Below, piece after piece: positions 31,973 through 42,293 of a stretch of 64,000 nucleotides of DNA (its first letter is position 1; each line of letters begins with the position of its first letter). A program made the position numbers and the translations under genes. Below the pieces are notes generated by a model. The model was given only the letters and a program-made list of their open reading frames with translations, did not search any database and had not been told where the DNA came from. The stretch comes from Eubacterium sp. (lineage in GTDB: Bacteria; Bacillota; Clostridia; Eubacteriales; Eubacteriaceae). The stretch covers positions 27 through 64,026 of the forward strand of contig JAVXTS010000005.1 in assembly GCA_036642535.1 (NCBI GenBank), read 5' to 3'.

Positions 31973-32326
31973 ATGTCAGAAGAAAAGAAAACACCTCGTT
32001 CCATTCAGGAATACGTTCCAGGTAAACAAGTTACATTGGCACATATTATTGCAAAACCTAAACAAGATGTCTATGTTAAACTTGGTCTGGATGATGAAGC
32101 CAATGATGCCATTGGTATTTTGACCATTACTCCTAGTGAAGCTGCTATTATTGCAGCAGACGCCGGTACAAAAGCAGCTCCGGTAGAAATTGGTTTTTTA
32201 GACCGTTTCAGTGGTTCTTTAGTCATCACCGGACGTGTTAGCGATGTTAAAGCTTCAATAACTGAAATTATCAATACATTACACAATGTTTTAGACTTCG
32301 ATATTCCGAAGATTACATACTCTTAA
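31973..32326 (+). CDS. eutS: Bacterial microcompartment shell protein, EutS/PduU family
   Basis: Motifs [33 protein letters not shown] and [10 protein letters not shown]. Confidence 0.9.
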   Translation: MSEEKKTPRSIQEYVPGKQVTLAHIIAKPKQDVYVKLGLDDEANDAIGILTITPSEAAIIAADAGTKAAPVEIGFLDRFSGSLVITGRVSDVKASITEIINTLHNVLDFDIPKITYS

Positions 32327-32327
32327 A

Positions 32328-32789
32328 ATGGCAAATAACAAACATCGTGTTGCATTAATCGGAAAAATTGGCTGTGGTAAAACAACCTTAATGCAATATC
32401 TCTCAAACCAAGAACTTCACTATGCCAAAACGCAAATGGTCAGCTATACCGATGATTTCATTGATACTCCCGGCGAGTTTATTGAACTTCCTTTTTTCTG
32501 TCGTCAGGCAATCAATGTTTCCTGTGATGCCGGCCTTTTAATTTTGCTTAATTCCTGTGTTGATTCGCAGAACTCTGTTCCACCTAACTTTATTCATACC
32601 TTTAATATTCCCACCATTGGCGTTATTACTAAAATTGATCGTCCCGATGGAAATATTAATCGTAGCCGTAAATTTCTAAATTTTGCAGGACTCAATTCTA
32701 AAAAAATATATGAAATCAGTTCTTACACCGGTGAAGGAATTGAAAAATTAGAAACTATTATTCACTCTTATATGGATAAATTCAAATAA
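32328..32789 (+). CDS. eutP: EutP/PduV-family P-loop NTPase
   Basis: Motifs GKIGCGKTTL, KTQ, IDTPGE and TKID; directly after eutS. Confidence 0.88.
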   Translation: MANNKHRVALIGKIGCGKTTLMQYLSNQELHYAKTQMVSYTDDFIDTPGEFIELPFFCRQAINVSCDAGLLILLNSCVDSQNSVPPNFIHTFNIPTIGVITKIDRPDGNINRSRKFLNFAGLNSKKIYEISSYTGEGIEKLETIIHSYMDKFK

Positions 32790-32813
32790 TAAAATATAGA
32801 AAGAAGCGATATC

Positions 32814-34091
32814 ATGTCACAAGCAGATTACGAATATCTCACCAAATCCCAGGTTAATGATTATTTAAAGGCTAAGAGCATATATCCTCAAAATGCACAA
32901 TTAAACATCAGAGATCTTCATGCCGTCAAAGAAAGTATTGATGGATTTGTCAATCTAATTTATCATATTTGTGACGAAAACGGTAAATCAGTTGTTCTAA
33001 AACAAATCGTTAATTTTCCACGAAGTCGTGCCGTTGAAGAAGCAAAATACGGTGTCGATGAAGATCTTGGTAATTGGACTCTTGATCTTGCAAGAATGCG
33101 TATCGAAATTTCTGTCCTTATTTTTTGGAATTCTATCTATCCCGGTATCTGTCCTGAAATTTATCTCTTTGATGAACCGAACAGCATTATTGTTATGGAA
33201 GATCTTATTGAGCTAAGCCTTCTTCGTTATGATCTTTGTCGAATGAATAGGCAGCCCTTATTGGCATCTTGTATGGGTCATTTTTTTGCACACAATCTTT
33301 TTTATTCTTCAGATTTACATTTAACACACTATAAAAGACAAACATTAAAAAAATTCTTTGACAATCCAGAATATACCGCTCTCGATTGCTTTCTTTTTGA
33401 AGATTGTGTGATCGTATCCGATTCTCGTACAATGCCAAAAGAAACGTGGCCTTTGCGAAAAAGCATCCTCGAAAACACAGCCATTCAAACTGAAATCAAA
33501 CGGTTACGCCATCTTTTTTTGAACGATAAAGAATGTCTGATTCATACTGATTTACATGCCTCTAACATTATGATTAATACCAAAAAAATTAAAATTATTG
33601 ATACTGAATTTGCCGGATTTGGTCCCATCGCCCAGGATTTTGGTCGATTAACCGCCAGTCTTTGCTTAAATTTCTTCTCTTGGTATGGTGATCCTAATTA
33701 TACCGAGGGTGAAAAAGCCGTTTTTAGAGCTTGGATTTTAGATGCAATTGATGAATTATATCAGACATTTGAATCTGAATTTCAAACACTCTGTGCAAAA
33801 TATTCAGATGACAGTTATTCACTCAGAACATTGGACATTAAAACTTATCTTATCAGTCATTTTCAAAACAGTTTATCTTATACGGCGCTGAATGCCGCAT
33901 CACGTATCGGCGATCGTGGGATCTGTTATGATCTTGAACGCCTTTCTCCCGAAAATCGTATTTATCCTGATTTACTTCTTTTAACCATGGCTAAAGAATT
34001 ACTCATCCATAAAGATCACTATATATCTGTCCGTGATTTTACAGATTATCTGAGAACATTAGCCTTTTATCATCCACCTGAAACTTATTAA
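32814..34091 (+). CDS. Methylthioribose-kinase-like (MtnK/APH fold) phosphotransferase
   Basis: DGFVNLIY, SVVLKQ, IVMEDL, HTDLHASNI and IIDTEF align by eye with MtnK motifs DGNLN, HGDLH and IDPEF. Confidence 0.7.
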   Translation: MSQADYEYLTKSQVNDYLKAKSIYPQNAQLNIRDLHAVKESIDGFVNLIYHICDENGKSVVLKQIVNFPRSRAVEEAKYGVDEDLGNWTLDLARMRIEISVLIFWNSIYPGICPEIYLFDEPNSIIVMEDLIELSLLRYDLCRMNRQPLLASCMGHFFAHNLFYSSDLHLTHYKRQTLKKFFDNPEYTALDCFLFEDCVIVSDSRTMPKETWPLRKSILENTAIQTEIKRLRHLFLNDKECLIHTDLHASNIMINTKKIKIIDTEFAGFGPIAQDFGRLTASLCLNFFSWYGDPNYTEGEKAVFRAWILDAIDELYQTFESEFQTLCAKYSDDSYSLRTLDIKTYLISHFQNSLSYTALNAASRIGDRGICYDLERLSPENRIYPDLLLLTMAKELLIHKDHYISVRDFTDYLRTLAFYHPPETY

Positions 34092-34100
34092 TAACAAATA

Positions 34101-34145
34101 AAGAAATCCTCCCTTGCAAATAAAAACCACAAGGGAGGATTTCTT
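34101..34145. terminator. Bidirectional terminator between the kinase gene and hydA
   Basis: Perfect 16-bp inverted repeat AAGAAATCCTCCCTTG/CAAGGGAGGATTTCTT. Confidence 0.75.
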
Positions 34146-34164
34146 TTATAGAAACTTTATCTTA

Positions 34165-35913
34165 TTATTTTAATTTTGGTTTTTCTGCATAAGTTGTATG
34201 TAACAATTCATGCGCTTTATGACCACCCGGTTCGCCTAAAAATTCTTCATATAAACGGATAATTGAAGGATTTTTATGTGATTTACGGTATTCCTTATTT
34301 GCATCTTCATTATAAAGTGCTTTGGCTCTTTCTACACGAATGTCGATATCCATTTTAATTTTAGAAGGCACTATTGGCTGTCCACCACCATTAACACATC
34401 CACCCGGACATGCCATCAGTTCGATGAAATGGTAATCTTTAAATTCGCCATCTTTAATACCCTTTATAACTTCATGGATATTTGATCCACCACTTGCCAC
34501 AGCAATTTTAACTGTTAAATCTGGTGTTATTGCAACATCTGCTTTTTTAATCCCTTCAACGCCACGAACCATTTCATAATCAATTTTCTGAATATCTTTT
34601 TTATTTAAAATATCAGCAACTGTTCTGACAGCGGCTTCCATAACACCACCTGTTGCTCCAAAAATAACAGCAGCACCAGTTGATTCTCCAAAATATGGAT
34701 CAAAATCTTCATCATTTAATTTTACAAAATCAATACGTGCTTCCTTGATCATTCTTGCTAATTCACGTGTTGTAATTGAAATATCAACATCTTGAAGACC
34801 ATCAACACTTAATTCTTCGCGCTGTGCTTCAAATTTTTTCGCAATACATGGCATAACAGAAACAACAACCATATCTTTAGGATCAATACCATTCAATTCT
34901 GCATAGTGACTCTTTAATAATGCACCGGTCATATTTTGTGGTGATTTACAACTTGAAAGATGTGGAATCATTTCCGGATAATACGTTTCAATAAGTTTAA
35001 TCCATCCCGGTGAGCAGGATGTAATCATTGGTAAAACACCATTTCCCGTAACACGATTAATCAGCTCTGTTCCTTCTTCCATGATGGTAACATCAGCACC
35101 AAAATCAGTATCAAAAACGCCGTCAAAACCGAGTTTTCTAAGTGCCGCTGCTAATTTACCGGTAACACGTGTTCCCATAGGATATCCAAATTCTTCACCT
35201 AACGCTGCTCTTACTGCAGGTGCCGGTTGAACAACCACTGTTTTTGTTGGATCTGCCAAAGCCGTCCAAACTTTTTCGATATCACTTTTTTCTTTCAATG
35301 CACCAACCGGACAGTTGACAATACATTGTCCACAATTAATGCAACCTACATTTGCAATTGATTTGTTAAATACTGGCTGTACTTTAGTTGTGAATCCACG
35401 GCCAACACTCCCTAAAACGCCAATACCCTGAACTTCTTTACAAATTGCTACACAACGCTTACACAAAATACATTTTGTCTCATCACGAACAATAGATGGT
35501 GATAAATCATCAATCCATGTCCCCGATTTTTCGCCTTCAAAAGGAATACTCATAACGCCAAGATCCTTAGAAAGACTTTGGAGTTCACAATTTTCGCTTC
35601 GTACACAGGTTGTACATTCACGATTATGATTAGATAAGATTAATTCTAAATTAACACGTCTTGCTTTTCTAACCTTTGGTGTATTGGTTAATACTTCAAT
35701 TCCAGGTGCGACAGGATAAACACAAGAAGCTTGCAGTGCTTTTGCACCGGCAATTTCAACAAGACACATCCGGCAAGCACCAATTTCATTAACACCTTTT
35801 AAATAACACAATGTTGGAATATCAATATTATGCATTTTAGCTGCTTCTAAAACAGTTGTACCTTCGGGTACTGTTATTTCTTGTCCATTAATTTTAAATG
35901 TAACTTCATTCAT
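34165..35913 (-). CDS. hydA: Electron-bifurcating [FeFe]-hydrogenase catalytic subunit (group A3)
   Basis: N-terminal 2Fe-2S and 4Fe-4S motifs; H-cluster motifs TSCSPGW, MPCIAKKFE and ELMACPGGCVNGGG; ends LLHTTY. Confidence 0.95.
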   Translation of the reverse strand: MNEVTFKINGQEITVPEGTTVLEAAKMHNIDIPTLCYLKGVNEIGACRMCLVEIAGAKALQASCVYPVAPGIEVLTNTPKVRKARRVNLELILSNHNRECTTCVRSENCELQSLSKDLGVMSIPFEGEKSGTWIDDLSPSIVRDETKCILCKRCVAICKEVQGIGVLGSVGRGFTTKVQPVFNKSIANVGCINCGQCIVNCPVGALKEKSDIEKVWTALADPTKTVVVQPAPAVRAALGEEFGYPMGTRVTGKLAAALRKLGFDGVFDTDFGADVTIMEEGTELINRVTGNGVLPMITSCSPGWIKLIETYYPEMIPHLSSCKSPQNMTGALLKSHYAELNGIDPKDMVVVSVMPCIAKKFEAQREELSVDGLQDVDISITTRELARMIKEARIDFVKLNDEDFDPYFGESTGAAVIFGATGGVMEAAVRTVADILNKKDIQKIDYEMVRGVEGIKKADVAITPDLTVKIAVASGGSNIHEVIKGIKDGEFKDYHFIELMACPGGCVNGGGQPIVPSKIKMDIDIRVERAKALYNEDANKEYRKSHKNPSIIRLYEEFLGEPGGHKAHELLHTTYAEKPKLK

Positions 35914-35934
35914 AATTGTCCTCTTACCTCCGAA

Positions 35935-37734
35935 TCATGCTTTCGTAATTGCGCCAAATGGACAGGCTTCAATGCAAGCACCGCATTTAACGCATTTAGC
36001 GTTATCAATAATATGTGGTTTTTTCTTTTCTCCGGTAATTGCTTCACCCGGACATTTTTTAGCACAAATACCACAACCTTTACATTTTTCCTCGTCTATA
36101 ATATAATTCAATAAATTACGACAGACACCGGCCGGACATCTTTTTTCTCTAATATGAGCTTCGTATTCGTCTCTAAAATATTTAATTGTTGATAATACAG
36201 GATTTGGTGCCGTTTGACCAAGTCCACACAAAGCAGATGCTTTGATTCCTTGTGCCAATTCTTCAAGACGTTCAATATCGCCTTCTTCACCTTTTCCATC
36301 ACAAATTCTTTCTAAAATTTCCAACATACGTTTGGTACCGATACGACAAGGTGGGCATTTACCACAAGATTCGTCCTGCGTAAAATCAAGGAAGAAACGT
36401 GCAATATCGACCATACAGTTGTCTTCATCCATAACAATCAAACCACCGGAACCCATCATAGCACCAATGCTGATCAAGTTATCATAATCAATCGGAACAT
36501 CTAATTTCGAAACAGGAATACAACCGCCGGAAGGTCCTCCGGTTTGTGCTGCTTTAAATGCTTTACCATTTGGAATACCGCCACCAATTTCATACACAAC
36601 TTCTCTTAATGTTGTTCCCATTGGAATTTCAAGTAAACCGGTATTATTGATTTTACCACCGAGTGCAAATACTTTTGTTCCTTTAGATTTTTCAGTCCCA
36701 ACTGATGCAAACCATTCTGCACCTTCTAAAATAATAGATGTAATATTCGCATATGTTTCAACATTATTTAAAACAGTAGGACGTTCAAATAAACCTTTAT
36801 TTGCCGGAAATGGCGGTCTTGGTCTTGGTTCTCCACGTTTACCTTCAACAGAATTCATCAAGGCTGTTTCTTCACCACAAACAAATGCGCCAGCACCTAA
36901 ACGAATTTCCAAATCAAAGTTAAAATCTACATCAAAAATATTATCCCCTAATAAACCATACTCTTTAGCTTGATTAATTGCAATTTGAAGACGCTTGACT
37001 GCAATTGGATACTCTGCACGAATATACACATAACCTTTTTGCGCACCAATTGCAAAAGCGGCGATCGTCATTGCTTCAATAATACGATGTGGATCACCTT
37101 CTAATACAGAACGGTCCATAAATGCACCAGGATCACCTTCATCAGCATTACAAGCAACATATTTAACGCCATCCGGTGATACCGCATTATGCGCAAACTG
37201 CCATTTTAAACCCGTTGGGAATCCGCCGCCACCACGACCACGAAGACCGGATTTTTTAATTTCATCGATAACTTCTTGAGGTGTCATCTTAAGTAATACT
37301 TTTTCTAATGCTAAATAACCGTCAAAAGCAATATATTCTTCGATATCTTCAGGATCGATAACACCACAGTTAGCAAGTGCAATACGTTTTTGTTTTTTAT
37401 AGAAACCAAGTTCATTAATTGAAAGTGGATGTTCTCCCTCTTTCTTTTCTGTATAAATAAGTCGTTCTAGAGGACGACCCTTTACTAAATGTTCTTCAAC
37501 CAGTTCTTCAATATCACTCGGTTCTACACGACTGTAGAAAGTTCCTTCAGGATATACGATTACAACAGGACCCAATTCACATAAACCAAAGCAACCTGTT
37601 ACAACAATTTCAACTTCATCCATTAAATCATGTTTTGCTAATTCTTTGTGAAATTCTTTTTCCAGGAGCATTGATCCGGAAGATGTACATCCGGTACCAC
37701 CACAGAGCAGAATTTGCGAACGTTTATAAGCCAT
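35935..37734 (-). CDS. hydB: Bifurcating hydrogenase NADH/FMN (NuoF-like) subunit
   Basis: Motifs GLRGRGGGGFP, NADEGDPG, GAGAFVCGEETAL and ESCGKCPPCR; C-terminal 2x4Fe-4S. Confidence 0.95.
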   Translation of the reverse strand: MAYKRSQILLCGGTGCTSSGSMLLEKEFHKELAKHDLMDEVEIVVTGCFGLCELGPVVIVYPEGTFYSRVEPSDIEELVEEHLVKGRPLERLIYTEKKEGEHPLSINELGFYKKQKRIALANCGVIDPEDIEEYIAFDGYLALEKVLLKMTPQEVIDEIKKSGLRGRGGGGFPTGLKWQFAHNAVSPDGVKYVACNADEGDPGAFMDRSVLEGDPHRIIEAMTIAAFAIGAQKGYVYIRAEYPIAVKRLQIAINQAKEYGLLGDNIFDVDFNFDLEIRLGAGAFVCGEETALMNSVEGKRGEPRPRPPFPANKGLFERPTVLNNVETYANITSIILEGAEWFASVGTEKSKGTKVFALGGKINNTGLLEIPMGTTLREVVYEIGGGIPNGKAFKAAQTGGPSGGCIPVSKLDVPIDYDNLISIGAMMGSGGLIVMDEDNCMVDIARFFLDFTQDESCGKCPPCRIGTKRMLEILERICDGKGEEGDIERLEELAQGIKASALCGLGQTAPNPVLSTIKYFRDEYEAHIREKRCPAGVCRNLLNYIIDEEKCKGCGICAKKCPGEAITGEKKKPHIIDNAKCVKCGACIEACPFGAITKA

Positions 37735-37746
37735 CTATATTCCTCC

Positions 37747-38145
37747 TCATACCTTCTTAGCTGGATTGATGATCTTGCCGTCAACAATCGTCATTGTATA
37801 TTCTTCAACAATTTTACCTTTTTTTAAGTGTTGATCTACAACACGTGCTACTTTTTCAGGTGTCATCTTTACGTAAGTTACTTTTTCGCCTTCAGGATTA
37901 TACACTTCAACAATTGGTTCTAAACGACAAACACCGATACAACCGGTCTGAGCCACTGTCACATCGGATAAACCTTGTGTTTCAACTTCTTCCATCAATT
38001 TAACCATCACCGGTCTCGCACCTGCTGCAATACCACAAGTCGCCATTCCGACCACAACACGATAACCATCTTTACCTTTTCGCAAATTTATTTCTTCAAG
38101 CTTTTTGCTTCTAATTGCTTTCAACTCATCTAAGGATTTTTTCAT
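37747..38145 (-). CDS. hydD: Thioredoxin-like ferredoxin subunit (HydD-like)
   Basis: Motifs VGMATCGIAAGA and TGCIGVCRLEP. Confidence 0.8.
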   Translation of the reverse strand: MKKSLDELKAIRSKKLEEINLRKGKDGYRVVVGMATCGIAAGARPVMVKLMEEVETQGLSDVTVAQTGCIGVCRLEPIVEVYNPEGEKVTYVKMTPEKVARVVDQHLKKGKIVEEYTMTIVDGKIINPAKKV

Positions 38146-38146
38146 T

Positions 38147-38695
38147 TTACGCCTCCATTAATTCATTCAGCCCTTCGGCAACATAACCTTTAATCCAATT
38201 TAAAATATCTGGATCATTCATTAAGCTGTTCTCTTGAAGAACTGATTTGATTTCTCTCGTGTCAAATACAAATTCATTATCATTGTAACGATGTACATAT
38301 ACAAGCTCCGCATCCCCAAAAGACATAAGCATTGTAATCACTGTATCCGGCATATTTCCCAGTGGAACCCGATCGATATTATCATATTCAAAAGACGCAT
38401 AAACTTTTGTTCCAACATTGATTGTCGATTGAATTTCAAAACGACCGTTACATCCTTCTGCTGCGGCTTTGAATAGCGGCAATCCCAGACCAACTTTTCG
38501 TGTAGTACGCGACGTAATAAAGGGATTTGTAATAACCGGCAATTTCTCAGCAGATATTCCCTTTCCATTATCTTCAATGATAATCTCCAAAAGATTTTTA
38601 TCAGGATTTTCAATGATCGATAATTTCACTAATTTTGCACCGGCACTAATTGAATTTTGTGTGATATCTAGTATATGCAGAGATAGCTCTTTCAT
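38147..38695 (-). CDS. HATPase_c / histidine-kinase-like ATPase within the hyd operon
   Basis: N box LDITQNS, G1 box EDNGKG and G2 box GLGLP; no sensor domain or H-box evident. Confidence 0.82.
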   Translation of the reverse strand: MKELSLHILDITQNSISAGAKLVKLSIIENPDKNLLEIIIEDNGKGISAEKLPVITNPFITSRTTRKVGLGLPLFKAAAEGCNGRFEIQSTINVGTKVYASFEYDNIDRVPLGNMPDTVITMLMSFGDAELVYVHRYNDNEFVFDTREIKSVLQENSLMNDPDILNWIKGYVAEGLNELMEA

Positions 38696-38710
38696 CTTTT
38701 ACAATTCCAA

Positions 38711-39181
38711 TTAAAACTTTTCAAGAATACCCGGTACTTCATTTGCGGATAACCGCCCAAAAACTTCTTCATTAATATTCATAACCGGTGCTAAACCACA
38801 TGCACCAACGCAACGTGTTGCATCAATCGAAAATTTACCATCTTCGGTGGTTTCTCCGACAGGTATTCCTAATATGCCTGTAATTTTATCTAAAATCGCC
38901 TGAGATCCCTTTACATAACAGGCCGTTCCAAGGCATACGCCAATTTTGTATTTTCCTTTTGGTTTCAGTGTAAACTGAGAGTAAAATGTAGCTACTCCAT
39001 ATACTTCAGTCAAAGGAATGTTCAATTCTTCTGCAATTGTTTCTTGCAATTCAATGGGCAAATAACCGTATTGTTCTTGCGTATCCTGTAAAATACGCAT
39101 AAGACAGCCCGGAACTTCACGATGTTCAGAAACAATTTCCCTTACTACATCCAAATTGTCAATAGGTATTAATTCAGCCAA
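38711..39181 (-). CDS. hydC: Bifurcating hydrogenase NuoE-like [2Fe-2S] subunit
   Basis: Motifs VATFYSQF, VCLGTACYVKG and RCVGACGLAP; TTG start after GGAGG. Confidence 0.93.
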   Translation of the reverse strand: MAELIPIDNLDVVREIVSEHREVPGCLMRILQDTQEQYGYLPIELQETIAEELNIPLTEVYGVATFYSQFTLKPKGKYKIGVCLGTACYVKGSQAILDKITGILGIPVGETTEDGKFSIDATRCVGACGLAPVMNINEEVFGRLSANEVPGILEKF

Positions 39182-39247
39182 CTTAAATCCTCCTCTTTAT
39201 TTGGACAACTTCTACTTCGTAAATATTGTCCAATTTCTATAATATAT

Positions 39248-39280
39248 ATTATATCACATTCTTCGTTAAATATTTAACTT
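39248..39280 (-). promoter_or_regulatory. hyd promoter (extended -10) with overlapping candidate Rex operator
   Basis: TGaTATAAT with -10 at 39248-39253; TCGTTAA-ATAT-TTAACTT at 39263-39280 versus clostridial Rex consensus TTGTTAANNNNTTAACAA (3 mismatches). Confidence 0.55.
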
Positions 39281-39451
39281 TTTAGAATGTAATCTTTTAC
39301 CATAAAATAACATTAATAACACGTTAAGACCTGTATATACCGGTAAAAATATTACTCTTTAACGTTTTTATAATTTAAAAAGCTTATTACTCATACTCTT
39401 ATGATTACTCAAACGTCTAATTTTTACCCTTCCTTAAATTTTCTTTTTTTC

Positions 39452-40168
39452 TTACAATTCTCCTAGATGTTCAAGGAGTGTTCTTTTTCTAAGATCCGGA
39501 AGGTCAATAAAATATTCCCGCTCAGCCATATCTTCTAATTGATGTGCATCTGAACCGTGAATTAATTGATATTCTTTGAAAAATCGAAATTTCTTTTTAG
39601 CAGTGTCAAAATCCATCATTTTAGATACTTCAAGTGTTTTTATCGGTAAATCCGGTGGAACAAACCCCAAAGATACCATAATACTGTAAGATTTACGATC
39701 AATATGAGCGGGTACAATAATGCCACCAATCGTTTTCACAATTTTAGAAAGTTCCGTGATGCCTATATCGGTTGCTGAAATTAATAATTTATCAACTTCA
39801 TCGATCACTTCATCTTCAGCATTCATAACATACTGAGGACCAAAAAGATCTTTTTGATTCATAATATTTGGTAGATGTTCATATAAAATCTCATCCAATT
39901 CCATAACCTTTTCTAAAGTCTCAAAATAGGCTAATACATGTGCCTCTTCTTTTGTAGTAACTTCAATACCGGGAAGGACGCATAATCCCTCTCCTTTTGC
40001 TACTTCTAATACCGCTGGTATGTTTTTAGCGGTATTATGATCGGTTAGTGCAATATAGTCAATCTCTTTGATAAGTGCCATATTCACAATATTATTAGGC
40101 GTCATTTCTTCTTCTCCACAAGGAGAAAGCACGGAGTGCATATGAAGATCAATCGCAATTTCACTCAT
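39452..40168 (-). CDS. PHP-family phosphoesterase (hydrogenase-associated)
   Basis: Motifs DLHMHSVLSPC, TDHN, PAHIDR and SDAH. Confidence 0.85.
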   Translation of the reverse strand: MSEIAIDLHMHSVLSPCGEEEMTPNNIVNMALIKEIDYIALTDHNTAKNIPAVLEVAKGEGLCVLPGIEVTTKEEAHVLAYFETLEKVMELDEILYEHLPNIMNQKDLFGPQYVMNAEDEVIDEVDKLLISATDIGITELSKIVKTIGGIIVPAHIDRKSYSIMVSLGFVPPDLPIKTLEVSKMMDFDTAKKKFRFFKEYQLIHGSDAHQLEDMAEREYFIDLPDLRKRTLLEHLGEL

Positions 40169-40169
40169 T

Positions 40170-40502
40170 TTATATGCCTTTTTCCCCCAAATATGTGCAC
40201 ACTTCATAAGCATTCATCTCTGTTGTAATCAATGGAATGTTCTCTTCTGTTGCTTTTTTAAGTGTGTCTTCATCAATTTCTGCAGCTTCAGGAATAATGA
40301 TACATGCCATTTCAAGCAATGTTGCTACTGCAACAATATTCAGATGTGTCTGAATTGTAACCCATGCACAGTTATTTTCGGCATTAGCCATAACCCAACT
40401 TAAAAGATCGCCAACATAACCGCTTTCAATCTCGCTTTCCAAATTAACTGTTTTATTAACACAGCTAAATCGTTCATCCTGTAATAATTCATTAACTCTC
40501 AT
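40170..40502 (-). CDS. DRTGG-domain protein
   Basis: Motifs GYVGDLLSWVM and WVTIQTHLNIVAVA. Confidence 0.78.
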   Translation of the reverse strand: MRVNELLQDERFSCVNKTVNLESEIESGYVGDLLSWVMANAENNCAWVTIQTHLNIVAVATLLEMACIIIPEAAEIDEDTLKKATEENIPLITTEMNAYEVCTYLGEKGI

Positions 40503-40504
40503 TT

Positions 40505-41848
40505 TTACTCCTCTTCATTTTCATTATTTTTTTTCATAGGATGTCCTACTTGCAATAACTCACTGGTTAAATTTGATAATTCCAAAACCCTATCTTTCAA
40601 TACAAAAACACAATCAATTTCTTTAGCTTTACCGGTTATAATATCTTCTGCCAACGCACGACATCCCGGTGCGCCGCATGAACCACAATCAAGCCCCGGT
40701 AACTTAGCTTCAAGTTCTTCGATTTTATGCATTTTTTCAATCGCTTTATGAACATTATCATCAAGCGGTTTTGGTGTTCTCGGAAAAATCTTTTCTTTTT
40801 GATGCATCATTCCCGAATTGTAAAGATTTTTGATGTATGCCTCATCTAAATGTCTACTTGATTCCATTCGTTCCGCTTTCGCCCGTTCTTCAATATACAT
40901 TTTTGCTACAAAATTATTCTCAACGGTAAGACAACCGCCCACACATCCTCCTATACACGCAAGACCTTCAAAAAAATCAATATTGTCCAATTTTCCGCAT
41001 TCAATTTCTTCTAGTACTTTAATAACATTGGAAATACCATCAACATGAAGAACTCGTTTATTTTTCAAATATTGACTTTCACCGCCGGATACAGCCCAAC
41101 TGAAACCATCGGGTGTTGAATGATGAATATTTTTTTGAATTTCTACATTTTTTATAGCCGTTAATAACGGTGCGTATATATCTTTAATTGAAATTGATCC
41201 ATTAATCGTTGCAAAAAGATCATCGGTTGGTAATGGATTACTTACATCTGTTGCTTTTGCTGCACAAGGTGTAATAAAGAAAATACCAATATCCTCATTT
41301 TTCATATTTTCCATTTCAATCAAACGTTTTCTTGTTACTCTAGCCGTCAACGCCATAGGTGCTTTTAAACGACTGATACTATTGGTCAATTCAGGAAATC
41401 GGACTTGTATCAATTTTGATACTGCCGGACACGCCGATGATATCATCGGTTTTGGATAATGTTTTGCTGTAAATTCATACTTAATAGCACGTCCAACAAG
41501 TTCCGCTCCAAAAGCAACTTCAACCACCTCATCAAATCCAATACTTTTAAGGGCAGATAAAATAGCTTCTATTGAATATTTCAATTTAAATTGTCCAAGT
41601 AGCGTTGGTGCTGGAATGGCTACTTTATACTTATATTTTTCTATTTCTGAAAACTCATCTGTTCGTGCTAATTTAGCATGATGTGGACAAATACGAATAC
41701 ATTCTCCGCAATCAATACATTTCGACTCGATAATTTTTGCCTTCGCTTCCCGCACTCGAATGGCACCCGTAGGGCACGATCTTAAACAAGTTGTACATCC
41801 CAAACATTTGTCCTTGTCCAAATATACTGAATGTAATAATTTATCCAT
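40505..41848 (-). CDS. Group D-type putative sensory [FeFe]-hydrogenase (no PAS domain)
   Basis: Two 4Fe-4S motifs, ISSACP / ITPCAAK / EGLACIGGCVGG, and C-terminal FeS motif LDCGSCGAPGC; RBS before ATG at 41848. Confidence 0.83.
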   Translation of the reverse strand: MDKLLHSVYLDKDKCLGCTTCLRSCPTGAIRVREAKAKIIESKCIDCGECIRICPHHAKLARTDEFSEIEKYKYKVAIPAPTLLGQFKLKYSIEAILSALKSIGFDEVVEVAFGAELVGRAIKYEFTAKHYPKPMISSACPAVSKLIQVRFPELTNSISRLKAPMALTARVTRKRLIEMENMKNEDIGIFFITPCAAKATDVSNPLPTDDLFATINGSISIKDIYAPLLTAIKNVEIQKNIHHSTPDGFSWAVSGGESQYLKNKRVLHVDGISNVIKVLEEIECGKLDNIDFFEGLACIGGCVGGCLTVENNFVAKMYIEERAKAERMESSRHLDEAYIKNLYNSGMMHQKEKIFPRTPKPLDDNVHKAIEKMHKIEELEAKLPGLDCGSCGAPGCRALAEDIITGKAKEIDCVFVLKDRVLELSNLTSELLQVGHPMKKNNENEEE

Positions 41849-41876
41849 TATTCTCACCCCCCCACATTTAATTTTT

Positions 41877-42293
41877 CTAAATTGCAAAGCGCATTTGTAT
41901 TTTAGTGCCAATTCCCAATTCAGAATGAATGCTAAAATCATCTGCATTTTTTTCCATATTCGGTAAGCCCATACCTGCGCCAAAACCCATTTCTCTCACT
42001 TTATCAGTCGCCGTTGACCAACCTTCGGTCATTGCCAAATCTACATTTGGAATACCCGGGCCAATATCTTCAAGTCTCAATATAATGGCGTTATCATCAA
42101 CTTCCAAAATAATCTGCCCACCATCAGAATGGATTGCTAAATTCATTTCTCCTTCATAACCGGCAATCGCAATATGGCGAATGATTTTACTACTGATACC
42201 CAATTGCTGAAGACTTCGCTTTATTTTACGCGAAGCCTCTCCCGCTTTCTCAAAATCACCACGTTCCACATCAAAAACCAGTTTATAACTCAT
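41877..42293 (-). CDS. RsbT-like anti-sigma-type Ser/Thr kinase (GHKL fold)
   Basis: Motifs YEGEMN, EDIGPGIPNVDLAMTEGWST, GAGMGLPN and SELGIGT. Confidence 0.83.
   Translation of the reverse strand: MSYKLVFDVERGDFEKAGEASRKIKRSLQQLGISSKIIRHIAIAGYEGEMNLAIHSDGGQIILEVDDNAIILRLEDIGPGIPNVDLAMTEGWSTATDKVREMGFGAGMGLPNMEKNADDFSIHSELGIGTKIQMRFAI

Noticed and set aside
35000-35026. TSCSP instead of TSCCP in the HydA L1 motif
   Set aside because: This is a common variant in group A3 bifurcating hydrogenases and is not evidence of inactivation.
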